Shown here: piece by piece, positions 1 to 9,162 of the stretch
Layout of the letters: the number at the start of each line of letters is the position of its first letter
How positions within the stretch are numbered: position 1 is the first letter of the stretch
Virus genome (UHGV): UHGV-1363177
Source of the DNA: a virus
Direction: 5' to 3' (one strand)
DNA: 58,819 bases
Translations under genes and position numbers: made by a program
The notes under the pieces: model-generated
The model's database searches: none
Seen by the model: the letters and a program-made list of their open reading frames with translations, nothing else
Told to the model about the DNA's origin: nothing

Positions 1-45
1 ATTTTTTTGGTCATTTTTTACACTATACACACAAAAGAACATATA

Positions 46-105
46 CAGTCATCATGCAGTCTTATATCAGTACAATAACAATCAAATAGCAGTCATTATG
101 CAGTC
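46..105. repeat. Direct 16-mer repeats CAGTCAT(C/T)ATGCAGTC (46-61 and 90-105) in the non-coding left end; related GCAGTAGAACTACAGTT follows at 109-127
   Basis: Read directly from the sequence; lies in the ORF-free 1-750 region. Confidence 0.6.
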
Positions 106-210
106 AAATTGCAGTAGAACTACAGTTCTTTCCCGGTTCCCGCTGGACTATCAGGAATGAATATCATTACCATTGAGTTTGAAATTCAGTTTCAATACTA
201 ATAAGAACTA

Positions 211-232
211 TTACCATTAAGGTTAATGGTAA
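211..232. repeat. Perfect palindrome TTACCATTAA-GG-TTAATGGTAA (10-bp arms), flanked by the TTGAAATTCAGTTTCAA palindrome and ATTGAAATTGAAATTCG direct repeats
   Basis: Reverse-complement identity of the arms checked by eye; non-coding context. Confidence 0.6.
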
Positions 233-345
233 TGATTATTCGTAGCATTGAAATTGAAATTCGATATTGCTGGGGGAGGGGGACTTCCCACCACCCCGAT
301 GGACACGCGCAGGCCCACGCGCAGGAAGAGAGACCCATCTTCGCA

Positions 346-442
346 TACAAAAATATACAAATATAAAAATATAAATATACAAAAATATAAAAATATACAA
401 ATACAAATATATAAAAATATAAATATAAAATATATAAAAATA
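346..442. repeat. AT-rich microsatellite (AAATATA / ACAAAAATAT units), about 100 bp
   Basis: Tandem short units visible directly; followed by a GC hairpin CCCCGG-GGCTAA-CCGGGG at 443-460. Confidence 0.7.
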
Positions 443-594
443 CCCCGGGGCTAACCGGGGGAAATTCTGGTGTCACTTCGGACATGGTACTATAGGTACT
501 TCGAGAATGAGGAGTTTATTTAAAGTTATTTAATGTATTTTAATTTATTTAAATATAACTTTAATGGCTTTACCTTAGTTATACCTTATTAAAC

Positions 595-660
595 ATTTAA
601 GGGAGTCTTTAAGAGACTCCCTTAAATAGTACATAAGTTAATCCTAATTCTTTCTTTTAA
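595..660. promoter_or_regulatory. Conserved hairpin (14-bp stem, ATTTAAGGGAGTCT/AGACTCCCTTAAAT) followed by the box TTAATCCTAATTCTTTCTTTT; copy 1 of a two-copy element
   Basis: Perfect inverted repeat. A second copy at 43921-43985 has a different but still complementary stem core and shares the CCTAATTCTTTCTT box. Lies downstream of the 3' end of minus-strand CDS 751..1755. Confidence 0.6.
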
Positions 661-750
661 GATTATTTTAAATATATTTTAAATAATTTATTAAATAAAT
701 TTAATTAAAATACTTGACAAATCTTTAAAGGTAACTATAAGTACTATTAG

Positions 751-1755
751 TTATATCCCACCGCCCTCCTTTGTATCCTCGAATAAGTTATCCGAAAATC
801 CAGTAGCTTCAGGTGTAAACTCCTGTTCAACATTACCGTATTTAAAATCACTAGGTGCTTTCTCCGGTAAGTGGCTAGTACTTAAGTCAGTATCCAAATT
901 TTCTTTGTGCACAATGTCCCAAGCAGATAAGCGCTTATTCGAAGGACTACACTCAAAGTTGTTCTTCATACCAACAAAGTACTTCCCGGGCAGGTAATTA
1001 TAGTACGAATAAAGATGTTTACCCTTAGCAAAGAAATCTTTTCGAGTAAGTCTTTTGCAAACTCTTTTAGCTTTCTTATAGACTTCATCTTTAAAGTCTC
1101 GAAGTAAATCTTTAATTTCTTCTTCGTCAGTATCAGATGGGTAGTGCACACCACAGCTTTCTTTTAATCTGTAACTTTCGAAGACACCACTTAAGGTGTA
1201 AGGATTATCTCTACACATCAGACTTCTGTGCACGTATCTTTGTTGAGCTTTGTGCCAATCCATCAAACCCCACGCTTTGGGAATGTTTCTAGTTTGTTTA
1301 CTAAGAAACCTTAAAGGTCTATAGTAAGCATTCTTCGGAGAGCACACAGCTACAGCATAAGGCGTAGGCCAAAAGGCGGGGTAACATCTCTGTACAATCT
1401 TAGGATTGTTATTATACTGATTCAATCCGATATTAAAGAAGTGCTTAGTAGTAAAGTAATTTCCATAGAAAGTTCCGAAGTAAGGAATACCAATAGAGTA
1501 TCCTTCTCGGAGAACAGAAAGAATTTCATGGAATAGACAGTTAGAGAATCTAATCAATTCCTTTTGTGGAAGAGAAAAGTACTTAGTTAATCTTCGAACT
1601 AAGTTAGTAAAAGTATAAGGAGAGTTAATTTCCTTATCTTTCTGTAAGACCCACTTATATCTATAATTATAGGACGGTCTAGCTTTTCGAACCTGTTTAA
1701 AAGGAATTTTGGACACATATGGTTTTGTGTCTATCTTGTAATCTTTTTTGTTCAT
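751..1755 (-). CDS. Hypothetical protein (334 aa), basic and Tyr-rich; function not recognised
   Basis: Long ORF, divergent from the late operon, adjacent to the terminus-like region; no motif recognised. Confidence 0.6.
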   Translation of the reverse strand: MNKKDYKIDTKPYVSKIPFKQVRKARPSYNYRYKWVLQKDKEINSPYTFTNLVRRLTKYFSLPQKELIRFSNCLFHEILSVLREGYSIGIPYFGTFYGNYFTTKHFFNIGLNQYNNNPKIVQRCYPAFWPTPYAVAVCSPKNAYYRPLRFLSKQTRNIPKAWGLMDWHKAQQRYVHRSLMCRDNPYTLSGVFESYRLKESCGVHYPSDTDEEEIKDLLRDFKDEVYKKAKRVCKRLTRKDFFAKGKHLYSYYNYLPGKYFVGMKNNFECSPSNKRLSAWDIVHKENLDTDLSTSHLPEKAPSDFKYGNVEQEFTPEATGFSDNLFEDTKEGGGI

Positions 1756-1788
1756 TCGTTAAATCTCTCTATTTAAATTTTAACTTTA

Positions 1789-2121
1789 TTGACTGCCCTA
1801 GCAGTCATTAGTAAATACCCGGTTATGCCTGCCACCACTGTTGAAGCACTTCTTTCGTTGCTTTCTCCTGAGGCTATCGGTGTCATTTCAAGTATCGCAC
1901 TCCTAGCAGGACACATATTATGCTTTACCCTCAGAGTAGGTGCTAGGTTCAAAGAACACGAGCTGCGAGAACTCCAGATGCAAGAACGTCTTAAATTTCA
2001 TGATGAAGAAATTGAACGTATATCTAAGCATCTTAGTGAGCACTACAGCCTCTCTCACGAAGAAGCTAGAAAATTTTTACACTATCATTTAGGTAATTTA
2101 AGTGACCTTCGTCACAATTAA
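1789..2121 (+). CDS. Hypothetical protein with an N-terminal hydrophobic segment (110 aa)
   Basis: ORF at the start of the rightward operon; hydrophobic N-terminus (LLAGHILCF). Confidence 0.45.
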   Translation: MTALAVISKYPVMPATTVEALLSLLSPEAIGVISSIALLAGHILCFTLRVGARFKEHELRELQMQERLKFHDEEIERISKHLSEHYSLSHEEARKFLHYHLGNLSDLRHN

Positions 2122-2175
2122 CTAGTGTATAATCACTATTTATACATTGTCAAATAAAACATAAAAGCTATACTT

Positions 2176-2541
2176 ATGAAACGACTGACGAACATCCACG
2201 TCTCTGGAGAAGATGTTTTTGTCGAAGCTAAGCAGCAGCTCAAAGACACGTTCAAGAAACCTTCTATGCTTTCTGCAAAGAAAGCCCCCACTGGTCGGGG
2301 TGAAACGGCTGGTGACCAGCTTGTTCGTCGTCTTGCAGTAGAGTTTGGGTACGACCCTATCTCCGAACTTGTTAAAACTGCCCGTAGTGCTAAGACCTCT
2401 CCTGAGCTTAAGACTAAGATTAACATGGAACTGGTGCAGTACTATCTTCCGAAGATTCGTGCTGTTGACACTAATCCCAATGCTGGTGAAGTTATCTCTA
2501 TCAATGTGATACCTTCGGCAACGATTCCTTCTACCAAGTAA
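2176..2541 (+). CDS. Putative terminase small subunit (121 aa), assigned by position only
   Basis: Small basic protein immediately upstream of the large terminase; no diagnostic motif. Confidence 0.35.
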   Translation: MKRLTNIHVSGEDVFVEAKQQLKDTFKKPSMLSAKKAPTGRGETAGDQLVRRLAVEFGYDPISELVKTARSAKTSPELKTKINMELVQYYLPKIRAVDTNPNAGEVISINVIPSATIPSTK

Positions 2542-2565
2542 CTTTGTACAAGGAAGATAGATACT

Positions 2566-2916
2566 ATGTTTGTTAAAATTTGTTACGGTCCACTTCAGTA
2601 CTTGACTGTACTAGATGTTAAGACTGTAGATTTTACTTCTCACCTTCAGAGTAAAGTTTACTTTATTAAAGACAGTCCGGTGTGCTTCATAGAAGCTGAT
2701 GTTGATTATGCATCAGATGTAGACTTTTGTATTTATACAAATGATGAGTACCTTAAAAATAATACCGGATGCTCTTCAAAAGGACCTACGGACAACGAGT
2801 GGTATTTGAACACTCTTAATATCACTCGAAATGACGGTGAGACTTTGCACCTTGCATTCACAGGTACTGCTTATCTTTGTAACGAAACTGGTAGGACTGT
2901 AGACACCTTTAGGTAA
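2566..2916 (+). CDS. Hypothetical protein (116 aa)
   Basis: ORF between the putative TerS and TerL. Confidence 0.45.
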   Translation: MFVKICYGPLQYLTVLDVKTVDFTSHLQSKVYFIKDSPVCFIEADVDYASDVDFCIYTNDEYLKNNTGCSSKGPTDNEWYLNTLNITRNDGETLHLAFTGTAYLCNETGRTVDTFR

Positions 2917-2929
2917 TAGGAGAAGTACT

Positions 2930-4348
2930 TTGGAAATCGACTATAAAGTATCTCCTACATTCATGAAGGTACATCAGGACACCTCCCGGGTCATCGGTGT
3001 TATGGGTCCTGTGGGTTCAGGTAAAAGTTCTGGCATGGTGTTCCAGTTATTCTTTAACGCCATGCAGCAACGTCCTGACAAGAACGGTGTGCGACACTCT
3101 CGGTACGCTGTAATCCGAGCTACATATCCTCAGCTTCGAAGTTCTACTATTAAGACTTGGATTGAATGGTTCAAAGATAAGATTCGTCTTGTGTACACAA
3201 CTCCCATTACTGGTCGAATTAAATATGACCTTGATGATGGAACTTCGATAGACATGGAAATCATGTTTATCGCTATCGAAGATGAACAAGCAGCAGAACG
3301 TCTTCGTTCTTGGGAATTTACTGGAGCTTGGGTAAATGAAGCTCACGAAGTTCCTGAGTACATCATGACTATCCTGATGCAACGTACCAATCGTTATCCT
3401 TCTATGAGAAGTGGTGGTGCGGTACATCCTTGTATTCTTCTTGACTACAACGCTGTATCCACTGACCATTGGCTTTATCGCTGGGCAGAAGAAACAAAAC
3501 CAGAAGGTTGTTCTTTCTATAAACAACCTCCTGCTATGATTGAATATGCCCCGGGGCAGTTCAGACTTAACCCTGATGCAGAGAACATTGAGAACCTTGA
3601 CGCTAACTACTATCCGAACATTGTAGCTGTGTCTTCGCGAGAATCAGTTCTTACTGACATTCTCAATCAATATGGTGAACGAAAGAGTGGTAAGCCTGTG
3701 TACAAGGATTATGATGACCAAGTGCACTACTCTGAAGATGCAATTGTGCCTCCGATGGGTAGTCATGTCATCATAGGTATTGACCAAGGTCTCTCTCCTG
3801 CTGCTGCTCTTACCTTTATGGATGCAGATGGTACACTAGTTGTGTTCGATGAGATTACAACTGTTGACTGTTCTCTCAAAGAATTTGCTGAAGAACTACT
3901 TTGGCCACGTATCTATTCCAAGTATCCGTGGATTCGTAACAATTTCTCGTGTGTAATTGACCCTGCTGCTGCTCAGCGAAGCATGAATGACGCTAAAGCG
4001 GGCTATGAAATCCTGAAAGAAGCTGGTCTTCCTATCACCTTAGCTCGAACTAACAACGCAACTGACCGTCGTGAGTCTGTAATTCACTTTCTTAGGTTGA
4101 AAAATAAGTTCAAGTTGACTCCGAACTGTAAGATTTTGCGTAAAGGTTTCATCTCAGGGTACAAGTACGAAGAAAAAAAGAGCGTTGATGGTAGAGTGTA
4201 CAAGGAAAAACCTATGAAGAATGAGTTTTCTCATGTACACGATGCCCTTCAGTACGCTTGTTTAGAGTACGCACACGTTAAACCTAAGAAAAATTTCAAT
4301 TCTACTCGTAAAACTTACCGTGTAGCTAGTGCAATCGGAGGTTATTAA
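2930..4348 (+). CDS. terL: Terminase large subunit (ATPase plus nuclease), TTG start
   Basis: Walker A GVMGPVGSGKSS near the N-terminus; about 470 aa; SD TAGGAG 8 nt upstream of the TTG at 2930; sits next to the portal gene. Confidence 0.9.
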   Translation: MEIDYKVSPTFMKVHQDTSRVIGVMGPVGSGKSSGMVFQLFFNAMQQRPDKNGVRHSRYAVIRATYPQLRSSTIKTWIEWFKDKIRLVYTTPITGRIKYDLDDGTSIDMEIMFIAIEDEQAAERLRSWEFTGAWVNEAHEVPEYIMTILMQRTNRYPSMRSGGAVHPCILLDYNAVSTDHWLYRWAEETKPEGCSFYKQPPAMIEYAPGQFRLNPDAENIENLDANYYPNIVAVSSRESVLTDILNQYGERKSGKPVYKDYDDQVHYSEDAIVPPMGSHVIIGIDQGLSPAAALTFMDADGTLVVFDEITTVDCSLKEFAEELLWPRIYSKYPWIRNNFSCVIDPAAAQRSMNDAKAGYEILKEAGLPITLARTNNATDRRESVIHFLRLKNKFKLTPNCKILRKGFISGYKYEEKKSVDGRVYKEKPMKNEFSHVHDALQYACLEYAHVKPKKNFNSTRKTYRVASAIGGY

Positions 4349-4353
4349 CTCTC

Positions 4354-6528
4354 ATGCCTGATAATTTCTTTGCTTTTCCTGTAGATAACGGTCCAGTTAC
4401 AGCTAAAGATGCCGCTGATGAAGCGGAAAAGGAGCTGGAACAGGCCGTGAAAGCACTGGAACAGGCCCAACAGGAACGGGATGAGCTGGAAAAACTGGCG
4501 AAACCTCTGACTGTGGACAGTTCCACTAAAGAAAATAGTAAAAATTACGTGAAGTACGTGGACAGTCTTGCGAAATTCGTGAAAGACTGCTACGAATCTT
4601 CCGAAGCAGCTCGTAAACTTATCGAACTGCACTGGATTGATGACCTGAAACGCTATAAAGGCATCTATGATGCTAGTGTTTACCAGAATATCAGTCCTAA
4701 TCGTTCGAAAGCTTTCGTTCGTGTGACCCGTACCAAGGTTAAAACCGTTGACTCTCGGCTTGCTGACCTGCTGTTCCCTGCTAATGGGGATAAGAACTGG
4801 GAAATTACCCCCACTCCCCTGCCGGAGATGAGTGACAAGCGTAAACAAGCTATCATTCAGCTCTATCAGCAGGAAGCTAACGAGCAGATTACTCCTGAAA
4901 AGCTTGATATGTTGATTCAGCAGGAAGCTTCTAAGCAAGCTAAGAAGATGTCTAAGGTTATTTCTGACCAGCTCATCGAACTTCGCTACCGTGACATCAT
5001 GAAGAACGTGATTCACAGTGGTAACGTGTACGGTACTGGTATCCTTAAGGGTCCTCTTGTTGCTATTACTGAAAATAAGCAGTACTACAAGCACATTGAC
5101 GAAAATAACGGTGAACGTTGGCTGCTTAAAGACTACAATAAGGTGATTCCTTTTGCTGAATACGTCAGCATTTGGGACATCTATCCTGACATGGAAGCTA
5201 CGAACTTCCATGACTGTCGCTACATTGTGCAGCGTCGTAAGATGAACAAGCATGACTTGCTTGCTCTTGCTAAACGTAGCGACTTCTCCGGTGATGTCAT
5301 TCGTAAGTACGTAGTCAATCATCCTGAAGGTTGCTACGACAAGAAAGATTACGAGATTCAGCTTCAGACTATGGGCGATGTCATTGCAGACAGCGACGGT
5401 TTTGAAGCTAAGAGTCGTAAGTACGAACTTCTTGAGTTCTGGGGTTACGTTGATGCCAAGCTTCTTGAGTCTTGGGGAGTTGTAATTCCTGAAAACAAGA
5501 AGGGTATGGTTGACATCCCGGCTAATGTTTGGGTTCTTGGTGACAAAGTTATCAAGGCCATCCTTCATCCTCTTGAGGGTATTCGTTGGCCTTACTACGT
5601 TTATTACTATGACAAGGATGAGACTTCTATCTTTGGTGAAGGTATTCCTTCTATTATGAAGGATATGCAGGAACTGACTAACAGTGCTTTCCGTGCTATG
5701 CTGGACAACGCTGCTATCAGTGCCGGTCCTCAGATTGAAGTGAATGAAGACCTTCTTTCCGAAGACGAAGACCCTCGGGAAATCTATCCTTTCAAGGTTT
5801 GGCTGCGTACTGGACAGGGTGCTGACGCTGCTAACCCTTGTATTCGTCAGCTCCAGTATCCTTCGTTTACTACCGAATTTGAACGTATGCTGAACATGTT
5901 CGCGAGTTATAGTGATGAAATCACCACTATTCCTCGGTACATGTGGGGTGATACTTCTAACGGAGTTGGTAGAACTTCTAGTGGTCTTTCTATGCTGATG
6001 GGCAGTGCTAACATGGCTATTAAAGACCAAGTGAAGAACTTTGATGATGGTATCACTACTCCGTTTATTACAGCTATGTATCACTGGAACATGCAGTTCA
6101 ATGCGGATGAAGATATTAAAGGTGACTATGCTGTGGTTGCCCGTGGTAGTGCTTCTTTGATTGCTAAGGAAATGTACACTCAGTATCTGATTCAGTTCCT
6201 TAACATCACGAACAATCCTATGGATGCTAACATCATCAAGCGTCCTGAGATTATTCGAAATATTGCTGATGCCTTTGACCTCAAGAGTGAGACGTTTGTT
6301 ATGTCTGACAAAGAGATTCAGGCTCAGCAACAGCAGCAGCAGGCTCAACAGCAGGCTCAGCAGGACTTCATGTACAACATTATCGAAGCTGCTCGTGAAG
6401 AAGGTGTCTCTCCTGAGTCCCTTATTAACTCTATGCGTCAGCTTCAGCAACAGCAGCAGGCTACCTTGCAGATGCAGGCTCAAGCTCAGCAGGCTCAGCA
6501 GATGGCTATGATGCCTCAGGGTCGGTAA
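4354..6528 (+). CDS. Portal protein (724 aa) with a Gln-rich C-terminal tail
   Basis: Size and position directly after TerL and before scaffold/MCP; CAG-repeat-encoded poly-Q C-terminus. Confidence 0.8.
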   Translation: MPDNFFAFPVDNGPVTAKDAADEAEKELEQAVKALEQAQQERDELEKLAKPLTVDSSTKENSKNYVKYVDSLAKFVKDCYESSEAARKLIELHWIDDLKRYKGIYDASVYQNISPNRSKAFVRVTRTKVKTVDSRLADLLFPANGDKNWEITPTPLPEMSDKRKQAIIQLYQQEANEQITPEKLDMLIQQEASKQAKKMSKVISDQLIELRYRDIMKNVIHSGNVYGTGILKGPLVAITENKQYYKHIDENNGERWLLKDYNKVIPFAEYVSIWDIYPDMEATNFHDCRYIVQRRKMNKHDLLALAKRSDFSGDVIRKYVVNHPEGCYDKKDYEIQLQTMGDVIADSDGFEAKSRKYELLEFWGYVDAKLLESWGVVIPENKKGMVDIPANVWVLGDKVIKAILHPLEGIRWPYYVYYYDKDETSIFGEGIPSIMKDMQELTNSAFRAMLDNAAISAGPQIEVNEDLLSEDEDPREIYPFKVWLRTGQGADAANPCIRQLQYPSFTTEFERMLNMFASYSDEITTIPRYMWGDTSNGVGRTSSGLSMLMGSANMAIKDQVKNFDDGITTPFITAMYHWNMQFNADEDIKGDYAVVARGSASLIAKEMYTQYLIQFLNITNNPMDANIIKRPEIIRNIADAFDLKSETFVMSDKEIQAQQQQQQAQQQAQQDFMYNIIEAAREEGVSPESLINSMRQLQQQQQATLQMQAQAQQAQQMAMMPQGR

Positions 6529-6531
6529 TGT

Positions 6532-6804
6532 ATGAATGCTGCTAAAGCTAAACAAATAGAAAAGTCACTCAAGGCAACTGTAGACAGTAACCTTCAGAAG
6601 AATCTGTGTAAGTACCTTCGATATTATAGAAAGGTTTACTTCTACAAGTTGATTGAGCAAGCTAATCAAGATTACACTATAGAAGATAGAAACATTATAA
6701 TTGGAGAACTCCGAGTCATTCAAAAGCTACTTGACGTTCTGGAACCGAAAGCGGGCATGTTTGTTTTCGACGGAGAGCACATTGACCTCGACGAACAAGA
6801 CTAA
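6532..6804 (+). CDS. Hypothetical small protein (90 aa)
   Basis: ORF packed between portal and scaffold. Confidence 0.45.
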   Translation: MNAAKAKQIEKSLKATVDSNLQKNLCKYLRYYRKVYFYKLIEQANQDYTIEDRNIIIGELRVIQKLLDVLEPKAGMFVFDGEHIDLDEQD

Positions 6805-6873
6805 CATATCTCCCGTACATTCGAAAAGAACAGCTTAGGACTTGGCCTAGTGTCCCCTAAGGAAAAGAAACAT

Positions 6874-7971
6874 ATGTCTGAATTGACGAATATTATTTCT
6901 GATGTTATGAACTCATCGCCGGATGAACAGTTGGATAAAGCCTTCAAGGATATTGAGAAGCAGTACACGGAAACTGGTTCGTACACCCTTCCGATGGATT
7001 CCAATACCTCCAAAGAAGATACCTTTAGTAATGATAAGACTAATGATTCTGCTTTTGACAATGGGCAGAATACCGGTGGTAATAGTGAAGTAACAAACGA
7101 TAACAACAGCCAGCTTGACGCTAATCAGGGTACTAACAATAACGGTCAGCCTGTTGGCCAGCAGACCTCTGACACGAATGTGTTTAACTCTGACAACAGT
7201 GTAAACGTCGAGCAGCTTCAAGCTCAGTTGCGGGAAAAGGAGAACGAGATTAACCTTTGGGCTAGTCGAGCTTCTCAGATTGCCGCACAGTATCAGGAAC
7301 TGAAAGCTCGTAGTACTAACTCTCCTGAGTCTGATACTACTAAGCACGAAGCTCCTGAAAATACGCACTCCGAACAGCAGAGTGAGTCCGTTAAAGAGTT
7401 CTTTGAAATCTATCCTGACATCGCAGAAGCGGTGAATCAGATGATTGAAGAGCGTTCTAAGCATACTGCTCAGAAGTTCGAAAATGTTCTGAACGAACGA
7501 GTCATCCCGATTCAGCAGCACATCCAGCAGTCGGCTGCTCAGCAGTTTACTAACAAGATTCTTGCTGCTCACCCGGATGCTGCTCAGCTCGTGCAGAGCA
7601 AGCAACTGCGTAATTGGGTTGAAACCCTTGACCCCCTGATGCGTGCTGGTGCTCACACCATTATGCAGTACGGTAATGCTGATGAAGTGATTAGCCTCAT
7701 CAATCAGTATAAGATGGCTCAGGGCAACCCTAGCTCCTCCGTGAGTTCTTCTTCTTTTACTTCCACTACTAATGGACGTTCCAATTCTAATAACGTGCAG
7801 GTGCGAGAAGATGAGATTGCTCGTAAGGTTTTTGCCATGATGAACACTCCGTCTAACTCGCAGGAACCTTCGATTGTTCGTCAGACTGAGGTACCTTTGT
7901 ACAAGTCTGAGGAAGAAGCTTTCGAAGCTCTTGCACGTGACTACGAAAAGAATCTCCGTGAACGTCGTTAG
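6874..7971 (+). CDS. Putative scaffolding protein (low-complexity, coiled-coil)
   Basis: Lies between portal and MCP; N/Q/S/T-rich and predicted coiled coil; the ATG at 6874 has SD AAGGA upstream (the listed ORF starts earlier at a GTG). Confidence 0.55.
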   Translation: MSELTNIISDVMNSSPDEQLDKAFKDIEKQYTETGSYTLPMDSNTSKEDTFSNDKTNDSAFDNGQNTGGNSEVTNDNNSQLDANQGTNNNGQPVGQQTSDTNVFNSDNSVNVEQLQAQLREKENEINLWASRASQIAAQYQELKARSTNSPESDTTKHEAPENTHSEQQSESVKEFFEIYPDIAEAVNQMIEERSKHTAQKFENVLNERVIPIQQHIQQSAAQQFTNKILAAHPDAAQLVQSKQLRNWVETLDPLMRAGAHTIMQYGNADEVISLINQYKMAQGNPSSSVSSSSFTSTTNGRSNSNNVQVREDEIARKVFAMMNTPSNSQEPSIVRQTEVPLYKSEEEAFEALARDYEKNLRERR

Positions 7972-8024
7972 TTGTTTGCAGAAACTAAAAATCTTACATC
8001 ATTCACAAAAAGGAAACAACTACA

Positions 8025-9068
8025 ATGGCTGGTACTGTTAATACTTCTAAGGGTACTGTGGTTGCCAATGGTCAGTCCACTGGTGGCAACCTGTCTACTA
8101 TGCTTAATGCTCATGCGATTTTCCAGTTCCTCACTCGTGCGCTGCCCTATCTGGTGTTCGAGAAGTTCGGTCAGGCTTACCCCCTGCCGGAAAAGAGCAC
8201 GAAGGTCGCTAAGTTCCGTCGCTACGAAGCTCTAGATGCTACTCCTACGAAGCTGACGGAAGGTGTCACGCCTGATTCTCAGGCCCTGACCACCACCGAC
8301 ATCAGCGCTACTCTGGACCAGTATGGTTCTCTGGTGACGCTGACCGACGTGCTGCTGGACACCAACGACTCTCGTGTGCTGGAAAACGCTGCTGCCGTCG
8401 TGGGTGAGCAGGCTGCTGAAATGATTGAACGTATGCGTATGGGTGTGCTGCTGGGCGGTTCTAACGTGGAATACGCTAATGGCGCTGCTCGTAGTGCTGT
8501 GAACACTCCCATTACTCTGGACCTCCAGCGTCGCATCGTGCGTAAGCTGAAGAACCAGAAGGCTCGTTACATCAACAGCATCATTCGTTCCACTCCCTCT
8601 TTCAACACTGAAAACGTGGCTCCCGGCTTTGTGGCCGTGTGTCATCCCGACTGCGAATCCGACATTCGTGATATGACCCATTTTCAGGATGTGAAGGACT
8701 ATGGTTCTGTGCCTGCTATGGAAAACGAAATCGGTGCTGTCGAGTGTGTGCGTTACCTGTTCACTACTCTGATGGAACCTTGGAAGGACGCCGGTGGTGC
8801 TAAAGCTGGTGTTGGTAATGTGGAAGTTCTGTCCACCACTGGTGCTTCTGCTGACGTGTATCCCGTGCTGTTTATCGCTAAGGATGCCTACGGTCTGATT
8901 CCCTTCAAGGGTACCTCGGCTGTGACCCCCATCATCGTGAACCCTGCTCCCTCCGCTTCCGACCCGCTGGGTCAGCGTGGTCACGTGGGCTGGAAGGCTA
9001 TGCAGACTGCTCTGATTCTGAATCAGGCTTGGATGGTTCGCGCTGAAGTGGCCGTCACCAAGAAGTAG
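8025..9068 (+). CDS. Major capsid protein (347 aa, HK97-fold type)
   Basis: Gene order after the scaffold; strongly host-adapted codon usage (high GC3, CTG/CGT/GGT) typical of the most expressed virion gene; hairpin terminator directly downstream. Confidence 0.8.
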   Translation: MAGTVNTSKGTVVANGQSTGGNLSTMLNAHAIFQFLTRALPYLVFEKFGQAYPLPEKSTKVAKFRRYEALDATPTKLTEGVTPDSQALTTTDISATLDQYGSLVTLTDVLLDTNDSRVLENAAAVVGEQAAEMIERMRMGVLLGGSNVEYANGAARSAVNTPITLDLQRRIVRKLKNQKARYINSIIRSTPSFNTENVAPGFVAVCHPDCESDIRDMTHFQDVKDYGSVPAMENEIGAVECVRYLFTTLMEPWKDAGGAKAGVGNVEVLSTTGASADVYPVLFIAKDAYGLIPFKGTSAVTPIIVNPAPSASDPLGQRGHVGWKAMQTALILNQAWMVRAEVAVTKK

Positions 9069-9093
9069 TCTTCATAGAGATTCTTCTTACAAG

Positions 9094-9119
9094 GGAGCTT
9101 CCACTTAAGGGAGCTCCCT
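9094..9119 (+). terminator. Stem-loop (GGGAGCT...AGCTCCC) after the capsid gene
   Basis: 7-bp GC-rich stem immediately 3' of MCP; no clear T-tract, so it may be a partial terminator or RNA-stability element. Confidence 0.4.
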
Positions 9120-9162
9120 CCCACTAAAGAAATTCTAATTTAGAAAGAAAGGTACATCTACT

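Noticed and set aside
346-442. Possible CRISPR-like array in the AT-rich repeat tract
   Set aside because: Units are 6-10 nt AT microsatellite-like (AAATATA / ACAAAAATAT) with no constant repeat plus unique spacer architecture and no cas genes. It is a simple tandem repeat.
4345-6555. 736-aa minus-strand ORF antisense to the portal gene (and similar long antisense ORFs 12415..13563, 23978..25513, 28871..29836)
   Set aside because: These are shadow ORFs inside well-supported plus-strand genes. The translations are extreme low-complexity (L/S/R/T-rich) and have no start context.
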